Shown: positions 37,785 to 49,769 of the stretch, piece by piece | How positions within the stretch are numbered: the stretch's first letter is position 1 | Layout of the letters: every line of letters begins with the position of its first letter | Origin: Hypanus sabinus | Taxonomy: Eukaryota | Reading direction: 5' to 3' | Length of the DNA stretch: 64,000 nt | Assembly: GCF_030144855.1 (NCBI RefSeq) | Contig: NC_082711.1 | Span: forward strand, 37,572,001-37,636,000 | Notes under the pieces: generated by a model | Databases searched by the model: none | Told to the model about the DNA's origin: nothing | The model's input: the letters and a program-made list of their open reading frames with translations, nothing else | Position numbers and translations under genes: made by a program

Positions 37785-39932
37785 CCATAAGCTCCCAGAT
37801 CCCAGTCAACCCCCATACACCTGCCTTTTCACCATATCCTTTGATGCCCTAACCAGTCAGGAAAGAATCAACTTTTGCCTTAAATACACACATGGACTTG
37901 ACCTCCACTGCAGTCTGTGGCAAAGCATTCCACAGATTTACAACTCTCAGCCTAAAAAAATTCCTCCTTACCTCTGTTCTAAAGGGTTGTCCCTCAATTG
38001 TGAGGCTGTGCCCTCTAGTTCCGGATATCCCCAACACAGGAAACATCCTCTCTACATCCACCCTATCTGGTCCTTTCAACATTTGGTAGGTTTCAATGAG
38101 CTCCTCCTGAATTCTTCTAAATTCCTGTGAGTACTGGCTGAAATCTGCCAAATGCTCCTCATATATTAACCCTTTCATTCCTGGAATCATCCTTGTGAAC
38201 CTCCTCTGGACTCTCCCCAATGACAACACATCCTATCTGAGATATCAGGCCCAAAGCTGTTGACAATATTCTTAAGTGTGGCCTGACTAGTGTTTTAGCA
38301 TTATCTCCTTGCTTTTATACTCTGTTCCCCTTGAAATAAATGCCAGCATTGCATTTGCCTTCTATACCACAGACTCAACCTGTAAGTTAACCTTCTGGAA
38401 GTCTTACACGAGGACTCCTAAGTACCTCTTCACCTCTGATATTTGAACCTTCTCCCCATTAAGATAATAGTCCACACTATTGTTCCTTTTGCAAAAATGA
38501 ATTATCACACATTTTTCAAAACTGTATTCCATCTGCCACTTTTTTGCCCATTCTTTCAATTTATCTAAGTCCTGCTGCAATCATATTGCTTCCTCAGCAC
38601 TACCTACCCCTCTACCTATCTCCGTATCATCCGCAAACTTTGCCACAAAGCCGATGATTCCAATATTTAAATCACTGATAAACAATTTGAAAAACATTGG
38701 TCCCAATACTGACTCCTGAGGAACATCACTAGTCACCATGAGCCAACCAGAAAAGGCCCCTTTTATTCCCACTCGCAGCCTCCTGCCTGTCAGCCATTCC
38801 ACTACCCATGCCACTTTCTTTGTTGTAACGCCATAGCATTTTATCTTGTTAAGCAGCCTCATGTGTGGCACTTTATCAAAAGCTTTCTGAAAATCCAAGT
38901 AAATGACAACCACTGCCTCTCCTCTGTCCACCCTTCTTGTTACTTCCTCGAGTACTCTAACAGATTTGTCAGGCAAGATTTCCCTGACTTTGACTTATTT
39001 TATCATTATTCTCCATGTACCTGAAACCTCATCCTCAGTAATAGACTCCTACACCTTCCCAACCACTGGCCCATAATTTCTTTTCTTTTGCCAACCTCCC
39101 TTCATAAGGAGTGTAGTGACATTTGCAATCTTCCAGTCCTCCAGGACCATGCCAGAATCAAACGATTCTTGAAAGATCATAACCAAGCATCTGTTATCTC
39201 TTCCTCAACCTCTCTCAGGACCCCAGGATGAAGTCCATCAGGTCCAGGTGACTTATCCACCTTAAGACCTTTGAGTTTGCTTAGCACATTTTCCTTTGTG
39301 ATGGCAATGGCACTCACCCCTGCTCCTGGCACTCATGGACCTCTGGCACACTGCCAGTGTCTTCCACAATGAAGACTGAAGGAAAGTACCCATTAAGTTC
39401 ATCTGCCATTTCTTTGTCCCCTATTACTACCTCACCAGCATCATTTTCCAGTGGTCCAATATCAATTCTTCATATAATGGATAAAAAAACTTTTGGTATC
39501 CTGCTTTATATTATTGGCTAGTTGCACTCATAGTTCATCTTTTCCCTTCTTATAGCTTTTTTAGTTGCCTTTTGTTGGATTTTAAAAGCTCCCCAATCAC
39601 CCAACTTCTCACTCACTTTTGCTACATTATATGCCCATTCCTTGGCTTTCATGCAGTTCTTAACTTCCTTTGTCAGCCATGTTGCCTACCCCTGCCATTT
39701 GAGAACTTCTTCCTCTATGGGGCATATCTATCCTGTGCCTTGTGAAATATTCCCAGAAACTTCAGCCATCCCTGCTCCTGCTGTCATCCCTGCCAGTATC
39801 CTCCTCCAATCCACCTGGGCAGGCTCCTCTCTCATGTCTCTGTAATTCTTTCTATCCCAGTGTGATACAGATACATGTGAATTATGCTTCTCCCTCTCAA
39901 ATTGCCATATGAATTCAATCATGTCATAATCA
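37785..39932 (-). mobile_element. CR1, nested and antiparallel to its host
   Basis: [26 protein letters not shown]; VQRRFTRMIPGM. Confidence 0.88.
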
Positions 39933-40217
39933 CTTCAGTACTTATCAAGAAGCTCATTATTATGGATGAGGATTCAGGGAACTTGGAGGCACATGGTAAA
40001 GTAGGTCAAAGTCAACATATTTTCCTTAAGAGGAAATCTTGCCTGAAAAAATAGTTGGAATTCCTTGAGGAAATAACAGTTATGATGGACAAGGGAGAGT
40101 CAATGGATGCTGTTTGCTTGGATTTTCAGCCGGTCTTTGACAAGGTGCCACACATGAGGCTGCTAAACAAGATAAGAACTCATGGTATTACAGGAAAGAT
40201 ACTAGAATGGATAGAAG

Positions 40218-41254
40218 AACAGACAAAATTGCTTAAGGAACTCAGCAAATCAGATAGCATCTATGGAAATGAATAAAAATTCAATGTTTCAGGCCGAGAC
40301 CCTTCTTCAGGTCTGGAAAGGAAGGAAAAAGATGCCAGTATAAAAGAGTGGGGAAAGGGAAGAAGGACTAGCTCAAAGATGATAGGTGAAGCCAGGTGAG
40401 CAGGAAAGATAAGACGCTGGAGAAGAAGGATTCTGATAGGAGAGGAGAATGGACCATGAAACAAGGGGAAGAAGGAGGTGATAAGCAAGTGAGGAGAAGA
40501 GGTAAGAGGCCTGAATAGAAGACAAGGGAAGGGGAAAGGAAGTTTTACTTGAAGGAGAAATTGATGTTTGTGGCATCAGGTTGGAAGCTACCCAGATGGA
40601 ATATGAGGTGTTGCTCCTCATCCTGAGAGTGGCCTCATCATGGCAAAAAAGGAGGCCATGGACTGACATGTTGGAATAGGAATGGGAATATGAATTAAAA
40701 TGGTTAGCCACTGGGAAATTCCACTCTCAGCAGATGGAGTAGAGGTGCTTGTCAAAGCAGTCCCCAATTTACGTCAGGTTTTACCATTGCAGAGGTGGCC
40801 ACATCAGGAGCACCAGATACAGTTCACAACCCCAACAGATCTGCAGGTGAAGTGTTGCCTTTCTTGGAAGGACATTTGGTGGCCTGAATGGAGGTCTGTA
40901 AGAAGGTTGAATGAGCAGGTGTAGCAATCCAGTTGCTTGCTGGGTTATGCGCCAGGAGGGAGGGAGATTAGTGATGATGGATGAATGAACAAGGGAACCA
41001 TGGATGGAATGATCTCTGCAGAAACTGTAGAGAGGAAATAAAGATGAGTTTGGTGGTAGGATCCCATGAAGATGGCAGAGAATGATCTGTTGAATGCAGA
41101 AGCTAATGAGGTGGTAAGTGAGGTTAAGAGAACAAGAGGTGGTGTAAAGATGGTGTGAGTTCCATACAAAATGCTGGAAGAACTCAGCAGGCCAGGTAGT
41201 ATCTAAAGAAATTAATAAACAGTCGATGTTTCATGCTGAGACCCTCCTTCAGGA
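40218..41254 (-). mobile_element. Penelope-like element with direct pseudo-LTRs
   Basis: ANHFNSYSHSYSNMSVHGLLFCHDEATLR (GIY-YIG C-terminus); direct repeats at about 40219-40311 and 41162-41254, each with a hammerhead remnant (CTGAAGA-AGGGTCTCGGCCT-GAAAC at 40278-40316). Confidence 0.8.
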
Positions 41255-42649
41255 TTGACTGACTGGCAAGAGGCAAAGAGTGGGAATAAAGGGGGCCTTG
41301 TCTGGTTGGCTGATGACGAATAGTGCTATTTTGAAAGGGTAAGTGTTTGGACTGCTTCATTTCATGTTATATGTCAATAATCTGGATGATGGACTTGATA
41401 GTCCTGTGGTGACATTTGTGGACAATACAAAGGTTGGTGGAGGGACAGGTAGTGCTAAGAAAGCTGGGGAGTCTGCAGAAGGACTTGAATAGCTTAGGAG
41501 TATAGGCAAAGAATTGGCAGATGGAATACAATGAATGGAAGTGAATAGTCAAGCACTTCGGTATGAGGAATAAAGGTGTAGCCTATTTTCTAAATGGCAC
41601 CAAACTGAGATCTCAAAAGTGCAGGGGGACCTGGGAGTGCTAGTGCCAGACTCCGTGTTTGCATTTATTTCAAGGGGAATAGAACATAAAGTCAAGAATG
41701 TACTGCTGAGGTTTTATAAGGCATTGGTTAAACTTCATTTCAGAGTACTGTGAGCAGTTTTGGACCCCTTATCTAAGAAAGGATGTGATGGAATTGGGGA
41801 GGGTCCAGAAGAGGTTCAATAGTATGACTCTGGGAATGGAAGGGTTAATGTAAAGGAGCATTTAGTGGCTCTGAGCCTGTTCTCACTGGAATTTAGAAGA
41901 ATGAAGGGGGGGTGGTTGAGGGATGGGGGGTGTGGAGGTAATTCTCATTGAAACCTAACAAATATTATGGAGATGTTTCCAGTAGCAGGGGAGTTTAGGA
42001 CCATGGGGCACATCCACAGAGTTCAAGGACATCCCTTTAAAACAGAGATAAGGAGAAATTTCTTTAGCGTGAGTGTGGTGAATTTGTGGAATTCATTGCC
42101 ACAGACATCTGTAGAGGCCAAATCATTTGGTATATTTAAAGCGGAGGTTAATAGACTCTTGATTAGTAAGGGTGTCAAAATTTACAGGGAGGAGGCAGAA
42201 TAGGGTTGAGAGAAAAAAATAAATCTCTCCTGCTTGAATGGTGGAACAGACTCGATGGCCTAATTCTGCTCTTCCATCTCATGGTGTTATGGTCCAGGTT
42301 ATATTTTAAATTAAAAAGCTTTCTCAATTAACTTACAGTGTTCGGTGTTTTCCTTAGCTCCATTTTCCAACGACAAGTTTAAATCTGCATGCAGTGGATT
42401 GAAATTGGGAAGCCATTTGATCTCAACTTGACATAAAAAGGGCAAGCAACATTAATCTCCTTTGTACAATTATATAATGAGATTTACCAAGAGAGGAAAC
42501 CAATAATCATGCATTCAAATTGAGTGCTGAAAGCAATTGGGGAGAGGAAGATAATAGATTATAAACATATATTAACAATAAATTTGCAAGCAAAAAACTT
42601 CATTAATTTTGACACTTCCTGAATATATGGTTTCTTATTTGTTTAGCAC

Positions 42650-42978
42650 ATCATCATCACTATGGGCCATGTCTTATGGCTAGCAATCACGGTCCCATGC
42701 CCATGATTGTTCCGGGTAAATGTGGTTTGTCATTGCCTTTTTCTTTACAAGACGGGTGACCCCAGCCATTATCGATACTCTTCAGAGATTGTCTGCCTGG
42801 CGTCAGTGGTCGCCAGCTGCTCGTGCGACCACCCGCCACCTGTCCTCATGGCTTCAAGTGATCCTGATGGGGGGCTAAGCAGGTGCCACACCTTGCCCAA
42901 GGGTGACCTGCAGCCCAGTGAAGAGAACTGACGCCTTACCTCTCCTTTGCTGGAAATGAATCTTCACCTCGCCACTCG
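42650..42978 (-). mobile_element. SINE, second copy of the 31205-31575 family
   Basis: Long identical blocks shared with 31205-31575; (TCA)n tail. Confidence 0.65.
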
Positions 42979-44040
42979 TATTTAGCGCAATAGAATCAAA
43001 AAGACAAATTACCACATCAAAAATATATCACTTTGAAAGACTTTTCTCTTTCCATCGACGCCGCCCGATTTGCTCTGTGAGGTACTGTAGAAGTAGGAAA
43101 GATTTTACTAAAACGATGCACTTCATAGTAATATCATCCACGCTAGCAGCCGTGAGGATGTGTTGATCACTAGATCCATTACCGAAGAAACTAAACAAAA
43201 ATAATCGTTGCGACAGTTTATCTGTACGGAGCGCTATAATGTTTAGAGCACGGATGGAGAGTTCCCCGTCTATCGTGTGTGTATCGGCAAAAATATTGAA
43301 CTTTCTGTCGCCTCCTGGGTCTCCACTGCCACTCTTCAGGCACTTCACCAGCTCCCTTTTAAAGTTAATGAAAGCCTCTGACAGCGTCACCCTCTAGAGG
43401 CAGTGAGTTCCATCCCCTCACTACTTTGTGAATGAAAAAGAGTCGCATCAACGCCCCTCTGGTACCTTCCACAATTAAATCTGTTATGCAGTTAGATCTT
43501 AAAACAGGACAACGTATCTTCAATCCACCGGTAATGTCTCACTCACCGACTACCGTGAGGTTGTAGTTGAAGGCGAGAGTCAGCAAGCCAAGATTGTCCA
43601 GTCTTCCCATGGCCAACAGTTCACAGGTCACCCTCAGGAGAAAATCCAAGCAAAATTACCTCTCTGGTCAGGCTGAAAGAAAAAAAAGTAAAACGTGTCT
43701 TTGTTTTCGCCCTTTTATCGAATTTACGATGTTATTTTTAAAATAATGAATACAGTTACGGGAGATTGTTCCCTCTGCAGCTGTCTGCAAACCCAAGGCA
43801 AAGCAGCTCCACTCTGTCACCTTCGCCGGCTCCCTCCTGGGTGACAACTGCACAGACAATAGAGCTTCCGCGTATCCCTCCCACTGAGGGCTATTCTTAC
43901 CGACCAAAGGCATTCCTGCATCCTGACAGATCCTAGATATTTTGGTGCAGCCCATTTGGAGAAAATAATAGAATCCGCGGGATTAAATTGGATTACTAGA
44001 GTATTCCCTTTGACCGTCGTGTAAAACAGAAAATAGCTTG
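42960..44040 (-). promoter_or_regulatory. CpG-enriched 5'/promoter region of gjd4
   Basis: Visibly more CpG than the CpG-depleted flanks. Contains exon 1, E-boxes CAGCTG (43778-43783) and CAACTG (43845-43850), and a MEF2-consensus match TTATTTTTAA (43732-43741). Confidence 0.5.
43547..43610 (-). CDS. gjd4: Connexin first coding exon (MGRLDNLGLLTLAFNYNLTVV-G)
   Basis: GCCATGG Kozak at 43610; 21 codons + 1 nt, then donor G|GTGAGT. Phase 1 joins G+GG = Gly into GKIW of the main exon. Peptide resembles the GJD4 N-terminus (human MEGVDLLGFLIITLNCNVTMVG, from memory). Spliced CDS 1287 nt, 428 aa. Confidence 0.9.
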
Positions 44041-44354
44041 CTCCTCTCAATTCCAGGACAGAACCCAACCTAATCTTGAAAGTCAGGAAGGTAAAACAAA
44101 GTAGTGAAATTTCTATCGATTTACATAGTGAATTTTGTTTATATATTGGTTTAAATACTTGATGTATACCACGTTATACTTGTTCTATTACAACAGGACT
44201 TTGAACTGTTTAATTATCTGTAAGTGCTTTGGAACTTTGATAGGGAGATAGAACTGCAAGTTTTACTTGTTTTGCAAACTGGAGTCCACCAGTCCATTCT
44301 AGTTAACCAATCCAAATATTTTCAATTTTCCATTATATAAACAAACTGATGGTA

Positions 44355-44683
44355 TGTATTTCCCCTCTCCACCTCCATCTACCCATCACTCATACACTCT
44401 TTCCAATAGTTCCCCTCCCCTCCTTTATTCAATCCTCCGCCTTCCTGTCCTGTAAGATGCCATCATCTTTCAACCTTTTGTCATTTCCATTTATCACCTC
44501 CTAGCCTCTGACATGATTCTTACTCTCCTTCCTCCCTCATCAGCCAATCATCCTCCCATAGCTAGATTCACCTATCAATTGCCAGATCCTACTCCACCCC
44601 TTTCCACCACCATGTTATAATGCCTTCCTCCCTCTTTCTTTCCTATCCTGATGAAGCATCTTGACCTGGAATGTCAATTGTCC
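44355..44683 (+). mobile_element. PLE 3' remnant
   Basis: Pyrimidine-rich PLE UTR ending ATCCTGATGAAGCATCTTGACCTGGAATGTC. Confidence 0.55.
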
Positions 44684-45160
44684 ATAAGACCATAAGACAT
44701 AGGAGCAGAATTAAGCCACTCAGCCCATCGAGTCAGTTCTGCCATTCCATCATGGCTGATCCCGGATCCCACTCAACTCCATACACCTGCTTTTTGCCAT
44801 ATCCTTTGATGCCCTAACAATCAGGAAATTATCAATATACCCAGAGACTTGGCATCCACAGCAGTCTGTGACAGAGCATTCCACAGATTTACTACTCTCA
44901 GGCTAAAACAATTGCTCCTTACCTCTGTTCTAAATGGCTGCCCCTCAATTCTGAGGCTGTGCCCTCTAGTTCTGGATACCCCACCATAGGAAACATCCTC
45001 TCCACATTCACCCTATCTAGTCCTTTCATCATTCAGTAGGTTTTAATGAGATCTCCACGTATTCTTCTAAATTCCAGTAAGAACAGGCCCTAAGCTGCCA
45101 AATGCTCCTCATATGCTAACCTCTTCATTTCTGAAATCATCTTCATGAATCTCCTCCAAG
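44684..45160 (-). mobile_element. CR1 3' end
   Basis: (CATAAGAC)n tail; high similarity to 7039-7500. Confidence 0.85.
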
Positions 45161-45429
45161 GCCCTGCACAATAGAGAGCATTAATTAATATCAACTCCGT
45201 ACTGTTGGGGGTCCTGGTCACAGGTCACTGAAAACACTTTGACAATTCACTTTGATGGCACCCCCACTTCATCACTGGCAACAAATAGGGACCTGAAAGA
45301 CTAGAGAATACTAATGTAGTACCATTAGAAGAGTCATAAAAAGAAGCCAAGAAGCTACAGGCAGGTGAGTCTGGATAACTTGCTGGAGGGTGTCCTGAGG
45401 GACAGGATCTAGCAACTTTCGGAGAGACA

Positions 45430-46660
45430 GGGTTTGGTTCAGGACATTGCGCGCGTTGGACCTCTGTGTGGGAAATCTCGTCTGACAAGTCTCAAGGTGG
45501 TAACCAAGTAGGCAGGTGAGGCTAGGGTAGTTGATATAGTACCTGTATAAATTTTGGCAAAGCTTTTGATAAGGACCCCAGTGTAAGGTGGTCTGGAAGG
45601 TTAGACCACATGTGATCCGGGGGAGATAACAGACTGGCTTCATAACTTTGCAGTGGTAGGAAGCAGTGTGACATTGAAGGGTTGTTTCTCAGACAGAGAT
45701 CTATGTCTAGTGATGTTGCACGAGGGTCAGTTGCTTGTAATTTCTATAAATGATTTGGATGTGTATGTACAAGGCACGCTTAGTAAATTTGTGGATGACA
45801 CTGAAAGAAGTGGTGTAGAATGTCATGAAAATTTACAGGGTGACTTCAATCAGTTACGTACAAGTGATTGACAAATAATGGCTTTTAATCCAGATAAATG
45901 TGTGGTATTGCATTTTGGGAGATCAAACCAGAGTAAGAATTATACAGTGAACGGCAGGGCCCTGGGGAGCACTATGGAACTAATACACCGAGGAATGCGA
46001 GTGCATAGTTTGCTGGAAGTGCCGTCACAGATAGAGAGGGTGAAGAAGGCATTTGGATGGGCATTCAGCACAGGAGTTGGGAAGTTGTGTTGCAATAATC
46101 AGAGGCTTTGGTGCGGCTGCAGTTGGAGTATTGTATACAGTTTTGATCACCCTGTTATATGAAAGAGTTTTTTAAAAAAAGTACAAAGAAGATGAACCAG
46201 GATGTTTTCTGGACTTGGGGCTTGAGTTATAAGGAGGGGTTGCATGGACTCCTACATTCTAGGGAATAATCTTCCAGAACTTTATTCCCTGCAATGTAAG
46301 ATATTGAGGAATCACTTGATGAAGGCATATAAGATTATGAAGAGCCTAGACAGGGTGAAAGAACATAGTCACTTTCCCAGGAAGAGGGTGCTAAAACAAG
46401 AGGGCATAGGTTTAAGATCTATAGCGTGAGATTTAAAAGGGACATCATGGGCAGCTCTTCATGTAAAGAGTGGTGTGTATTTGAAATGAGCTGCCAGAAA
46501 CAGAGGTTAAGGTGAGCTCATTAGCAACAATTAAGAGCCACATATTTCATGGACTATGTGCCAAATGTGAACAGACGGGATTAGATTGCTAGGAAACACA
46601 GTCAACATGGACAAATTGGGCTGAAGGACCTGTTTCTATGCTGTATAGCTCAATGACTGT
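45430..46660 (+). mobile_element. Old CR1 RT to 3' end
   Basis: ISINDLD..SKFVDDT; MAFNPDKCVVLHFGRSN. Confidence 0.8.
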
Positions 46661-47681
46661 ATCAGGTTTCTCTTTTATCTCCTTTGCTCCAAGGTACACA
46701 AACATGAACCAGTCTCTAATGCAGTGATTATATTCATAGACTGGTATTTAAGAGTAATTGAGCTCTAATCAGTCTCAGAATTGAATAAAATAGAGAAATA
46801 AAAAGTTGAGATGAACAAGAACAAAAATACATTTGGTTTACTCAAGACCTTTAGGGAAGGAAGTCTGCTTCCTTCCACAATCATACTAACATTCCCTTAA
46901 ACGTGCTCATGAAAAATGGGTAGTAATTGCAATTTTGAAACACCAAAAAAATTACTGAGATACAACCTTGTAACAGACTGTACAAAAATCTGTCATCCAC
47001 ACAGACTGCAACTCCAGGCAACTGAGTCGCAATTACACTTACAACTCTGTTGCATTGCTTGCTCTGATGACTGGTTACATTCACTTCGGTGGGACAGTGT
47101 TGCAGCCTGTGGAGTAGAACTCACAGCTTCCACAACCCTGTATCAATCTATATTCACATCTGTAAGATCACCCCTCATTCTCCTATGCTCCATGAATCAA
47201 ATCCCAACCTGCCCACCCTCTCTCCATAGCTCTGCTCTTCGAGCACTGGCAACATGCTCAGAAGTCTCCCCTGCATTCTTTCCAACATAAATGCCACTTC
47301 TGCTGCAGCAGAACAAAATATTAAAAATGCAGCCTCACCAACATCTTGTACAACTGTAACATAACATGCCAACTTCTATACTTGTGCCCTGTTTGATGAA
47401 GGCCACATACACCACCTTGTCTATCTACACACCACTATCAGGGAACTGTGTACTAATGCTTCTAGTCCCCTCTGTCTTCCAATACACTTACAGGACCAAA
47501 CTTTCACTGCATAAGTCCTACTCTCAGTTATCTTCCAAAAATGAAAGGCTCATGCCTATTTAAATTAAATTCCATTTGCCTCTCCTCAGCACTTTTAGCC
47601 AGCTGATCAAAATCCCTTTGTAAAACATGTTTATGACACCACCAATTTTAGTGTCATTTTAAAACTTAATATACATTCCCA

Positions 47682-48144
47682 AGGTTTTGAAGGCTCTGCT
47701 CAGATGGACCGGCTATGTGATCCGCACGGATGAGTCCAGAACGCCGCGTCAGTTGTTCTACGGAGAACTGGAGCAGGGCAACCATGCCCAAGGTCGCCCA
47801 AAGAAGAGGTACAAGGACAACCTCGTCAAACCTTAAGTGGACCAAACTCCAGCCCCGCAACCTCGAACACATTGCTGCTGATCGGTCCAAGCGGCGCAAT
47901 CTATGCTCCAAGGCAGCAAACAACTTCCAAGCCAACTGGCGCATGCAGCGCCTCAAGGCGAGTCAAGAAAGACACAGGAAGGCATCCACTCCTGCCCCAA
48001 CAGGCGGTGCTCCTTACCCCATCTGCAACCACATCTGCGCTTCGGACTTCGGCCTCAGAAGTCATATGTGTGCCCACAGACGTTGACTGCGCAACACATG
48101 CGTCTTCCTCGGACTTTGAGAGACTACTACTACTACTACACTAC
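47682..48144 (+). mobile_element. RTE LINE 3' end with 12-bp TSD
   Basis: LRWTGYVIR..PRQLFYGEL..GRPKKRYKD, then CNHICASDFGLRSHMCAH; (ACT)n tail; TSD TATACATTCCCA at 47670-47681 and 48145-48156. Confidence 0.9.
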
Positions 48145-48239
48145 TATACATTCCCATCCAAATCACTGATATAGATGATGAATAGCAATGGGCCTTGTAC
48201 CTACAGTTACGCATCTCCAATCCAGGAAGTATTCACCCT

Positions 48240-48426
48240 GGAGGTTGCTATTCCTGTCCGCACCTTTTGGCACACCGGGCAGCATTCTTTAGCCTTTTTT
48301 CACAAGGCCAAATTGTTAGCTCAATGCTTAACCCAGCACAGACGGAAAGTGTACAAGGAGCTGGCTGGATTCGAACCCGAAACCGCTCACCTTGAAGTCG
48401 GGTGCTAACTGCCACTAAACCACATG
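48240..48426 (-). mobile_element. tRNA-derived SINE
   Basis: Minus strand TGGTTTAGTGG (A box)..GGTTCGAATCC (B box), followed by a non-tRNA body. Confidence 0.75.
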
Positions 48427-49769
48427 CTGTCTATTCACCCCCAGAGGATATATGTCAGTTGTATCAATGTGCACAAATATTTCTGGCCGCTTGTTCTTAC
48501 TTTTGAGAATGGACTGCAATCACTCTTTGACTCCAGACAACACACCATCCTGGCGTCCCTTTTGCAGTCTTAGAATCTTCTGCCCGTACCCCCCCCCACC
48601 CCCCACCGACTAACTATTGAGATTCCTTTTATTGTGGTCCTGTTTGCCTTCACCCTTCCCTGCTGAGCCTCAGAGCCAACCCTGCTGCCAAAAGCAATGA
48701 TTCCCATGTTCTATGACTCTCCATGACTTTTTGTTTGTATATCATATTCCCAGCATCCACAGGACTTTGTTGTTGTTTTAGTTGCGATGAAAGCTCACCA
48801 AAGCTCAAAATGGAGCTCAGCTGTCACAGAGAGCACTTTCGTCTGTCCATGACCCAGGACTCACAAGTGTGGCTCCCTGTGTTGATGAAATTATTAGCCC
48901 TTTGAAGGACAACAGATAACGTAAATGTAGACATCAGACCATTCCTAATGGCTACAGGAATGGGTTTAAATGCAGGCAAGTGGAAAAGAATGCCAGATAG
49001 CAAAACACATTACATTCCAAGTATCTAAGTTATCAGGCAACTACAGTCTAAAAGGAGTTTAAATTGCATGCTGTTTAAAAGCATCAATAAGCATTTGATG
49101 TCTGAGCAATATATTTGCAATAACAAGCATAAAGGCAACAGTGACAGAGCTTATCTTTATATCAAAGATGATCTACTAGAAAATAATTGAGCTGCTTACC
49201 ATAAATTATGGTCAACTTCATGATTTCAGTTCTCTGTATTATCTGAGTTAACTGAGAAGGGACCTATACTGTACATCACACCTTAAAAATATCCATCAGA
49301 GATTCATTTGGAGCTTATTGAAAACTACAAAGTTTTTTGTTTGGTAGATGATTTTTCTGCTGTGCAAACCAAGAGATTTACTACTCATTTCATAGCAGAT
49401 TTTTTTTTTAGCTTTATAAACTTGGAGTTATTTTCTGAGTCAGGGCTGTATGCTCAAGTGTTCTTAATTTGGCTGAGAGGAAAAGAGGATTGGTGGTGAA
49501 TTTCATGAAATTTCTTTTGATTTTAAACTTACATGTAAGTTATATAGCAACACTGTTACTTTGCCAAATTTGGGTAGACAGATACAGTATATTCACCTCC
49601 GTAAGGAGGTATTTAAATAAGTTCCATCTCCTTCCTCACATGAAAATGACAAAGGCCATCAAGGCAATTCAAAGTAGAGCACATGTTAGTCAGTTTTTTG
49701 GGGGATCTGGTGATCTCTGGCAACGTCAGCTTTTGTTGCCGGTCCCTAATTGACCTTTAGAAGGTCGTT

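Larger units (their letters stand above)
37160..42295 (+). mobile_element. CR1 ORF2 to 3' end, host of a nested CR1 and a PLE
   Basis: Collinear pieces that break at about 37780/39933 and 40218/41254; LEFLEEIT..LDFQPVFDKVPHMRLL; RRNFFSVSVVNLWNSLP. Confidence 0.8.
30221..43546 (-). other. gjd4 coding intron, 13,326 nt, GT-AG, phase 1
   Basis: GTGAGT donor at 43546-43541 and polypyrimidine-CAG acceptor ending at 30221; reading frame restored on joining. Confidence 0.85.
47140..48720 (-). mobile_element. Old, internally deleted CR1, host of RTE and SINE insertions
   Basis: Decayed ORF2 3' region (47140-48200) and ORF1-like piece CAACACACCATCCTGGCGTC (48470-48720). Confidence 0.55.

Noticed and set aside
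43028-43390. 120-aa minus-strand ORF near exon 1
   Set aside because: Begins in a decayed CR1 3' remnant (FKRELVKCLK); no recognisable domain.
48340-48426. tRNA-like sequence (also 120-190)
   Set aside because: No clean cloverleaf and continues into a repeat body, so a SINE head rather than a tRNA gene.
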